Source: an uncultured bacterium (GTDB lineage: Bacteria > Chloroflexota > UBA5177 > JANWHV01). Taken from it: DNA of 64,000 bases. The stretch covers positions 1 to 64,000 of the forward strand of contig CAVSOU010000005.1 of assembly GCA_963729625.1 (NCBI GenBank). Direction: 5' to 3'. Position 1 is the stretch's first letter, and each line of letters begins with the position of its first letter. Positions 55,703 to 64,000 of the stretch are shown in pieces. The notes below the pieces were generated by a model that saw nothing but the letters and a program-made list of their open reading frames with translations, made no database searches and was not told where the DNA came from. The position numbers were made by a program, and so were the translations under genes.

Positions 55703-57178
55703 TTAAGCCAGACCTAGCACTCTTGCCGCAATCCCGATAAGCATAAGCAGACGGGCTCGGCAGAACAGCCACAAACCAGCAATGTAGACGACCCCGCCAA
55801 GCAATACTTCTAAAGGTGCCAGCACCAGCAGCGGCAGGCGACCCTCACACGCAGACGCAAATCCATTGATTAGAAGCCACATCGCGGCAGCGACTAACGC
55901 AGGCACCGCCGGGGGACCTAGGATATCCAGCCAGCCAATTTGTAATTTTCTTGCTATACGCCAGGTGGACGCGAGGTACACCAGCGGGAAACCAACTGCC
56001 CAAGCGCCCGCCATAGCGACAACGCTTATCTGTGATGCGATATAGAGCAGTGGACCTACAACTAGCGCCCACACGAGCACATTTCCGAAGGACAAGCCGG
56101 TGTAGCCGCTACCCACGAGGACCGCATCGCTGATCGAGTAGCTGACACGCAACGGCATAATTAGGCAAAAGAGCGAGAATGGTATTGCCGCATTCGCCCA
56201 GCGCTGACCTAGAAGCAGCGGGAGGATAGTCGGACCTATCGCCGCGAGCCCCCAGAACACCGGGAAGGTAACGCACGCAGCAAGCGCCAGCATCTGCTTG
56301 AATCCGCTGAGCCATGCGCCACGGTCTGCGACCTTTGCAGAAAACGTAGGCATTGAAACCTGATTCACTATCTCAGCAATTCGATCCAAGAGCGTATGCG
56401 AGAGTGTCTTCGCAGTCGAGTAAACGCCAAGCGGCGCGGCTCCCAGGGTCCGTCCAATCAGAAATGTGTCGAACTCCTGTATCGCAAACCACGTTATCTT
56501 TTGTGGAATCAAGTGGCGGGATGTCGCCATGTAGGGTCGTAGCAGAGAGTACGAAGTACACATCGCCATCGGCGGCCTAGCGTACCAGTGCAACAGCGCA
56601 GCGCGACCAACAAGACCAAGCAAGGTCGACACGACCAGCGCCCAGTAGCCGAAGCCCTGCCACGCCATGACCACCGTAACCAGCCCCTGAGTAATACCAA
56701 TAGATGCTTGAGTGATCGCGAGCTCCCGGAAGCGCAGCCCCATAAGAAGCATTGCGTTCGGCACGATGCACAAGGCCGTTAATGGCAGCTGCAAAGATGA
56801 TGCCCGCAGCACCTCGGTCAGTCTCGGCTGGTGAAAGAAGTGAGCCATAGTCGGCGCGATAAAACATAGCCCCACTGCAGTAACCGAAGATGCGATCAGC
56901 AGAAAGGTTGCTACCGTTGCCAACACTTCCCGTGAGTCCGGCCTTTTGTGCACGAGCGCCGCGGTCATACCGCCTTCGAGAATTAGCGTAGTAAGCACTG
57001 TCACCAATCCCGAAAGCGCGACAAGGCCATAGTCGGCAGGCAGGAGAAATCTCACCGACAGGATTGTTAGCAGCCACGTGGAAGCTTGGAGAACAATCCG
57101 AGATAGCCCAATCCAGCGCAAGCCCAGCACGGCTTGGTGCAGGTGGCCCGACTTGGGTGAAGTTTCCTTTGATGTCAA
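55703..57178 (-). CDS. wzx: Polysaccharide flippase (WzxC/PST type)
   Basis: RFLLPADYGLVA, LIGRTLGAAPLGVYS, FPVFWGLAA, LLGQRW, 12 or more TM segments. Confidence 0.88.
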   Translation of the reverse strand: MTSKETSPKSGHLHQAVLGLRWIGLSRIVLQASTWLLTILSVRFLLPADYGLVALSGLVTVLTTLILEGGMTAALVHKRPDSREVLATVATFLLIASSVTAVGLCFIAPTMAHFFHQPRLTEVLRASSLQLPLTALCIVPNAMLLMGLRFRELAITQASIGITQGLVTVVMAWQGFGYWALVVSTLLGLVGRAALLHWYARPPMAMCTSYSLLRPYMATSRHLIPQKITWFAIQEFDTFLIGRTLGAAPLGVYSTAKTLSHTLLDRIAEIVNQVSMPTFSAKVADRGAWLSGFKQMLALAACVTFPVFWGLAAIGPTILPLLLGQRWANAAIPFSLFCLIMPLRVSYSISDAVLVGSGYTGLSFGNVLVWALVVGPLLYIASQISVVAMAGAWAVGFPLVYLASTWRIARKLQIGWLDILGPPAVPALVAAAMWLLINGFASACEGRLPLLVLAPLEVLLGGVVYIAGLWLFCRARLLMLIGIAARVLGLA

Positions 57179-57289
57179 TTCAACTGATTCCTAGTGGTCG
57201 CCCGCGCCGGGCACCGCAACGATTACGCCCTTCCAGCGGTTCTTGTGTCTTTACTGAGCCATCTTTCGATAACGTTCCTGAAGCGACTC

Positions 57290-58270
57290 TCAAGACATCA
57301 GGCGCGGAAATAGGCCAAGGCGTTTGGCATCAAAGATAGCGATGCCTGCCCGCGGCCACTGCGTAAGTTCATGCAGAACTCGATATACGGCCTTACCGAT
57401 CATATTGTGGAACCGATATAGCAAACTTTTCAGCGCACCCAACCGGTACAGTATGATGCAGTACGGCAACTGATTGGGGCGCAGTCCTGTGGCCAGCAAT
57501 ATCGCATAGAACCAAATAGCAATGCCCGCGACTACCAGAGACTCTGCTACCTGGGGGCATTCGTGAACCGGAGGCGGCCCGGCATGGCGACGAATATTAA
57601 CGCTACTAGGCAGGCAAACAGCATCGCAGCACGTGACCAAATACATCCCCGAGCCCGTCCCAGATAGCAGGCGCCACTCCAACAAAGAATAGATCATGTG
57701 GCATGAGAGCGAGCGACTTCAGGATTGGTGAGGTTGAGCAGGCAACCGCCGCCAGCAGAGGTAATAGCCAACTCACAAGAACTGCTCGGCATTTCGCATC
57801 CGCTCAACAAGGATTGTGACAAACACGGGCAGGCAGAACTTCATTTCCATGGCTAGTGTCCAAAATACGCTGTCGACGTTGCCACACCGAGGTACGCCCG
57901 CACCAGTGTCTAGTTTGCCAATAACGTGCTTGCGTACGGCAAAGCATTACCCTGAAAAGACGGGATTGTCGTTGCAAACGCGCACGTCACGCCTATCCCA
58001 TGCATTGGGTATTGCCGAAGGAATCTATATGATACGAACGCGCGTCCCGCACGCTCTTCAGCGCTCCACAAAATGACAAATCCGCTAACAGGGAAGACCA
58101 GGCGCATGCTCAAGTGGTCGTATCAGGGCGCCTCCTGTAGGTCCCTGTACGCCCAAACTTGTGGGCGGCGTCCGGCCGTCGCTGAGCGGCAGGTAAGCGG
58201 TACAGGACAACGCGGGTGGCTGCTACAAACCTCAGTAGATCCAATACGGGAACTCGCTCATGTTTGTCGC
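57290..58270 (-). pseudogene. Decayed acyltransferase-3 (O-acetyltransferase) gene
   Basis: Fragments in different frames: RVPVLDLLRFVAA..VVLY, SGFVILWSA..RFLRQYP, VDSVFWTLAMEMKF, HNMIGK. Conserved residues are also substituted. Confidence 0.65.
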
Positions 58271-58385
58271 GGGCAACGCTCCCCACCCGCACCCCCAGTT
58301 CCGCCGGAACTTTTTTAAGTCACACCATGGCGCATGGCAACAGCAGGCCATGCCACAGAACCTCCGGCACCGTGCTATCTAGCGT

Positions 58386-59689
58386 TTATTGCTTGGGGGT
58401 GGTGGAGCCATCGTAGCGAAGCTTCGCCCAAATTCGGGTCTCGCTCATGCTCGTAGCCGATATCGGCGTCGCGTAGCTGTAGTGTGCCGCCGAAATATCT
58501 GCAAAGAGATGCCTTCCAAGTCGCCAGGAAACGCCTGCCTCGAGGTCCCTTTCCTTACTATCATTCAATGACAGGTCGTAGTCAGCGCGTGTATAGGAAT
58601 AAGAAGCCCGGGCACGGAGGAGTTCCGTAAATGATCGTTCGAGCCTTATCGAGCCTATGTATCGCTTGCGATCATTGGTCGTGCTGACCTTGTAGGTCTC
58701 GTCGTACCACCCAGCGCCAATCGCCAGCAGGGTGCGCCGTCCAGTTATTGTCCAGTCAAGCCGGGCGTATTGGCTGAGAAATGCGTCGGTGGTTTGCGTT
58801 AGGCTTTGAATATCATGCGCCGCCACCGGCAGCGGTTCGCCACCGCTCCAACCCATGGCAACTTCGCTGGATCGGCACAATTGTGTCCCGCTCGCAGACT
58901 AATCGTAGAGAGGTCACCGATCTTGCGGCTGATCTCGAGCCTCAGGAGGGGGCTAGACTCGGCGACGGCGGAGCCCGTAATTCGATTCACGCCGATATCG
59001 AGACTGCCCTTCGTGTGAGCGCCGTCGAGCGCGTACTCCAGATGTGCTTCCTGTCGGTCGTAGGCACTGAATAGCGACTCGCTTTGCGGCTCCACTCGCT
59101 CCGTCCTACGCCTAGCGAGACTCTGCTCGTGTTCGACAGGTTTCGCTCCAGAGCCAGTTCTCCACTGTAGCGCTGGCTGTCCAGCGGACTCCACCTGATA
59201 GTCGACACGACCATACCGTGCATTCGCCAGAATGCGCATTTGGCTATCGAGTTCAAATCGAAAATCAGGTCCGGTAGACAGGGAATTAATGTTCTCGCGA
59301 TTTAGGGGCGAATCTACGGTAAACAGATCGCGCCGGGTCTGGCCAAAGCTATCGTCCAGAGACCAATGTATCCGGTCCTGCCAGAGTTCCAACTTCAGAG
59401 CCGCGCCAGCGTTGCCAAGCAATTCGGAACCGTAGGTGCTATTCGCGTAGTTCAGATACGCCAGATCACCACGCACGTCGGTTGAGAGTAGACGGGACTG
59501 GTCGATATACAAGAAGCTTGCGCCCAGCTCACTTATCGTGTCGCGTTGCTCGTTCGTTGCCGTTCGCCCAATATTATTCGACGTTCCTACACCTGCATCG
59601 CCAGACAACGAAAAGTCCGCGGCGTTCACCAATGGACTGGCCAACAGTGACAGACCAAGAATGGTTGTTTTAGTTATTTTGATTCGCAC
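58386..59689 (-). CDS. EPS-associated outer-membrane beta-barrel protein, frameshifted
   Basis: Signal peptide, alternating amphipathic strands, GPDFRF, C-terminal WAKLRY. Lies downstream of wza/wzc. Confidence 0.7.
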
Positions 59690-60606
59690 TTACGTCACCA
59701 TTACCCGAGGAGTAATCGCCATATGCCCCATAGCCGTAGGGCCCTTCGGCCAATCCTAACGCCCTTGGTTCAGAACCAAGCCAATAGACTTGCCATTACC
59801 CAGGCTCGTGATGGAATCGAGCACAGCCTGACGTGGCGTCCTGCCCGCCCTCACGACCAGCACTACCTGTCCGACCACGGCCGCAAGGGCCCTGGACTCG
59901 CTGGAAGCCAGCAGGGGCGATGAGTCGAACAACGCGATACGCGAGCGGTCGCGCGAGATTATGCGGGTTACAATTTCCGTCATTCGCCCGCTAGACATGA
60001 GCTCCGTGGCATTTTCGTTTGGCCTGCCCGATAACAGTATTGACAGGCCGCGGACGTCCGTTGGCAAAATCAGCGATTCCACGTCGATCGTGGAATCGCC
60101 AGCGCCTCTAAGCAACCCCATTTCCTTATCTACGCCGAAGATTCGGCTGATGTGCGGCTCTGTGATGCTGGCGTCGATCAACAACCGAGGTATCGCGCTC
60201 GCGCGCCATACTGAGTGCCAGGTTAATGCTCGTAAACGTCTTTCCGTCACCCGGCAACGCACTCGCCATCATAATTAGACGAGGATTAGCAGCCAGCGCC
60301 GCACCAGATGGTCTCGCCGAGTATGCAGCAGCAATTAGCGGTCGCTTAATTTGACGGTACTGATCTGCAAATCGCCGGTCTTGCTGTGTTTCCGGCAAGT
60401 AGCCCGCGGCGCGCAGCGCAGCTCTGTCGATGAGTACACGTTGAGCATTTGTGGGTACCGCAGTGCCTGAGGCCCCGACTTCTTCCGATTTATAGGGTGC
60501 AAGTGCTCCAATATTTTCAGGGGGCGCTACGCCCCCCGTGGGTGACGCAGGAGCGATGGCACCGGCACTGCGGCGCAGCTTGTCAATGGTTCGTTACGAC
60601 ACTCAT
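59670..60606 (-). CDS. BY-kinase / polysaccharide biosynthesis tyrosine autokinase, frameshifted
   Basis: QYRQIKRPL, SALPGDGKTFTSINLALS, FDSSPLL, GLVLN, C-terminal tyrosine cluster YGYGAYGDY. Confidence 0.88.
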
Positions 60607-60615
60607 GGGTCACCC

Positions 60616-62232
60616 TTAGCCTGCACTTGATATTGGTAAGGCAATCCGCAGGTTTGCCCAGTTGAGAACAAGCACGGCCAAGAAGATACCCGCGAGGCCC
60701 GCTGCCGCCATGATTAAGCGCGTCAACTCCCCTTTTGCTGCGGCCTCCTGCTCTTGTGGGAAGGCAGGACTCACAACGCCCAATACGGGCAAGTCGGTTA
60801 ATTCGCTCAAGCTTCTAACCGACGACACGACCGGCGCAAGTAGATTCAGCAGGTACGTCAGGCCAGCACCTGCGGCCAGCGCGACAAGCAATACGGCTGA
60901 CAGGAGCACAAGTCGTCGGGGAAAGACCGGAGCGTAGGGCGCAGTCGTCGGTTGGATTACCTCGAAGCGCACTGAGCCGGCATTGTCAGCCTGCTCTCCT
61001 AGCCTAGCCTTCTCATAGTTCCCGAGCAGCGCGGTGTACTGCGCCTTGTTGGTATCGTAGTCGCGGTTTAACTGCGCAAATTCGGCCTCGACCTTCGGAG
61101 CAGTGTCCAGGCGCTGCCTTAATTCTGCTGCCTTGCCGCGGTGCTGCGATAACTCGCCCCGAAGGGACGCTATGTCTACGTCAGCCTGGTTTAGCTGTAA
61201 CTGGATACTTTGGTACACGGGGTTGCTGCTAACGCCGCTTGCTGCGACTGCTCCCACGTCACCACGACGAAGACTTTCAATCTCCGCTTCACGTCGGACC
61301 TTTAGTTCCGCGAGCGTTGCACGCGCCGCCATGACGTCGGGATGCTTGTCCGTATAGCGCAGGAGCAACTCGTCCAGACGGGCCTGGGTTTCCTTAATGC
61401 GGGACAGCGTGTCGCCTCCTCCAGCCGCAGCTCCCCTAATAGCCACGGTGCCTGTTGATGCTGACACTACCGATTCGCCATGCAACTGACGTGCCAACTC
61501 CGCGCGTCTCGAGACCGCAACATTCAGGTCATTCTCGGTCTTCTTCGCCGCATCTATTTCAGTCTGAAGCTGTGAAAAATAGCCGCCCTGCTCGGTTGGC
61601 ATCAAACCAATATTGTTCTTCTTGAAGTCGGCCAGCCGACTCTCCGCGTCCTTTAGGCGCCGCTCATAGAGGCTGATCTCGGTCTCAAGAAATTTCTGAG
61701 CGCTCTGGGAGCCGGCCCGCTTTCCCCCGAGCGTCTGCTCTACGAACGCATTGAGCACAGTATCGGTAACTTTCAGGCTTCGTGCGCGATTCCTGTCTTG
61801 GTAGGTAAAGGTATAGACGCTTCCGCCTGTGTCGCGGTCGCTGTCATGACCGCTGGCGCGACGCACAGCGATATTGAGGCGTTCAGCTAGGGCGCTAAGA
61901 ATTTCCGCCTTCCGGCGCGGGTCCTGTAGTGGTCGGCTTTAGAATGCCGCTTTCGATTGCAAGCTTCTCGAGCTGATCACCCGATAAGAGAGACTGGCGC
62001 ACATAGTTGAGCTGGACACTGACGTCCTGCTCCATGGTCAGCCCCGAAGCACGGGTTTGAGCGCTGTGCGTGTGTCGACAAATATACTCGCGGTCGCCTC
62101 ATACCGGTCCGGCAGGGCAAAGACCACGACCCAACCAACGATTGCCAGCGCAGCCGCGGCCGCCATACCAAGCCAGCGGAAGCGCCAGCAACTCCTGACT
62201 TCATCTATCACTTGACTGAGGATTTGGTGCAT
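60616..62232 (-). CDS. Polysaccharide chain-length determinant (Wzc N-terminal part, XrtA-system type), frameshifted
   Basis: WRFRW, LPDRYEATASIFVDT, RYTDKHPDV, LNRDY, FEVIQP, LPVLGVV. Confidence 0.88.
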
Positions 62233-62236
62233 CGGA

Positions 62237-62822
62237 TCAGAACCTTGACTCGGGTATGAGCAGCACGTCGCCTGGCAAGAGTGGGATGTTTTGACTCATG
62301 TCGCCATCGTCCAGAAGCCTACTGATCTTCAGATGAATCTCGGTCTGCTTGCCATTGATGTTGCGTATGACTTTTGCTCGGTTGGCTGCCGCATACTGGG
62401 CAAGACCGCCTGTTGCCAATACGGCGTCGAGGACGGTCATGCCATCCCGGGACGCCAGGGCCTGAGGCCTTAAGAACCTGCCCCATCACTTTCGACTTGA
62501 TTTATGGCGCCAATAGGTTGTGTAACAATGACATTGACCTGTGGTGACTTTACGTACTCGCTCAGGACGCGCTCGATATCGCGCGCTAGGGCCGTTGGGT
62601 TCTTTCCACGGCCACCATGTCTTCAACGAGTGGCGTGGAGATCTTGCCATCCGGGCGGACCGGCACGGTGCTTGTCAGCTCCGGGTTCCTCCATACGAAC
62701 ACCTGCAGAATGTCGCCCGGCCCTATGATGTAGTCGGGTGACACGGATGGCGCAGCGGGCTCCGCTGCGGAACCTAGCGTTACCATTCCGAGGCCAAGCA
62801 AACACAGAATAAGTCGCTTCAT
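62237..62822 (-). CDS. wza: Polysaccharide export protein (Wza/OPX, XrtA/PEP-CTERM type), frameshifted
   Basis: YIIGPGDILQVFVWRNPEL, VRPDGKISTPLV, MTVLDA..GGL, PGDVLLIPESRF. Confidence 0.88.
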
Positions 62823-64000
62823 AGGCTGGCTATCTATTTACGGGCTGGCCGTTCAGTGTAACAGAGGGGGCTTTCAGTTCGCCGCCGAGGTGCTCGGCGC
62901 ATATGGGGTTGCCAAGGGGAGTCTGGGCCGGGGTCGGTTTCGTCACCTGCTGTAATACCTGCAGGAGGTCGCCGGGTCGCAACCAAGACAGCAACCAGAT
63001 GAGCACGCGACCTGATAGCCGCAGGCTCGACCTGGCCGGTGGTCCTGAGCGTGGGCAGCGACGGCACTGTCGAGCTGCCCTCAGCAAGGGGCCAACCGTA
63101 CGGGATGGAATGGGTGCCGACCTGGGTACTCTGTGACGAGCTTGCTTGGCCGCTATGGGCACCGGCGTTGCCGGTGCGGCTCGCATTTCCACGCGGGGTC
63201 GTCCGTTGCGGCGCGCCCGTACGTGAGAATTTCGCTGCCTTTTTGATCTCTGCGGCGTCGAGCCGTCCCAACAACCCGCCGATTTGAGGAGTGTCGCGAT
63301 TTTTCGGTGTGCGAGCGCCGCACACGTGCCTTCGGCCTCTGACACATCGCCCTGCCGCAAAGCACCAAGATCCCCCCAGCGCGGTCGCCCTGAACTGCTT
63401 TTCCGGCAGTTGCCGCCACGATATGGCCGCGTCGCGATAAAGCCCCGGCGCCATCAGGACCGCGGCGATCGGGGCCAGAACCACCGAGTTCGGCGCACGG
63501 CAAGACTCAGAAATTCCAAGGGACGTTTCGACACAGCCTGACTCATAACCCACCCTGTGAATGCTCGCACGCGAGGTTTACGTTCAGGCGCGCGGCGGGA
63601 GCAGGACCCGGCAGTGCGCCGGGGCCCACGTTACGTTCGCAGACTAGCGCCCATTGATATTTTAAGGCGCTAGCCGGAGGAGCTCTGTGCACTGGCGCTC
63701 AGTTGGGCCACTTGCTGGCCTTTCCGGACCCTTGGTCGGGACTTCCGCGTTCACCACCAAAGCACCTTGAACGAGGACGCATCCACAGCCTCGTCGCTCC
63801 TTCCCGTGTCCTGCCGGGCGTACAGGCCCTCGCACAACCGCGCCACTGCTCCGTCGCCGCCCGATACAGCGGCAGTTGTACTGCGCCCCTTCGCATCGAA
63901 TGGCATTCATCAGTCTGGCTAGGGTTGAGCAGGATGCGCTGGACACCACCAGTGCCAATTGCGCGCATCGGGCAGGCATTGAAGGGGAAAGTAATGGATC

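Noticed and set aside
62830-63560. Nucleotide-sugar dehydrogenase C-terminal remnant (AEGTCAALAHRK) or other CDS upstream of wza
   Set aside because: Similarity is too short to support without a translated search.
63644-63673. Inverted repeat CTAGCGCC-N14-GGCGCTAG as a terminator
   Set aside because: Long AT-rich loop, no U tract and no identifiable upstream gene.

Overview
High-GC gammaproteobacterial chromosome segment (Steroidobacter/Xanthomonadales-like gene order, by inference). It is read through an indel-rich assembly, so many real genes are split across frames. 1-25.3 kb is mostly core genome: a DUF4139 protein, ybbP/ybbA-tesA, fadD, dgt-aroB-aroK, an Ig-repeat lipoprotein, pilMNOPQ and mrcA. 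Between fadD and dgt lies a 3.5-kb lower-GC module of three DUF6502-like paralogues, one lacking the HTH, around a separately terminated gene for a Sec-exported protein made of 11 tandem GSIGTG-xxAx decapeptides. This is the best candidate for an undescribed system, possibly polyprotein peptide signal plus cytoplasmic receptors. 25.4-62.8 kb is an accessory Wzx/Wzy exopolysaccharide locus resembling XrtA/PEP-CTERM-associated loci. It is headed by an ACP-KS-AT-ACP-ACP PKS, a Gly-type C-A-(extra Asub)-T NRPS with no TE, two alpha/beta hydrolases lacking the usual nucleophile, a GNAT and a deacetylase. It also holds a Tat beta-helix protein, a GT2-GtrA/GT-C cassette, nested IS3/IS66 elements and a decayed O-acyltransferase. 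Family names come from motif recognition, not database searches.
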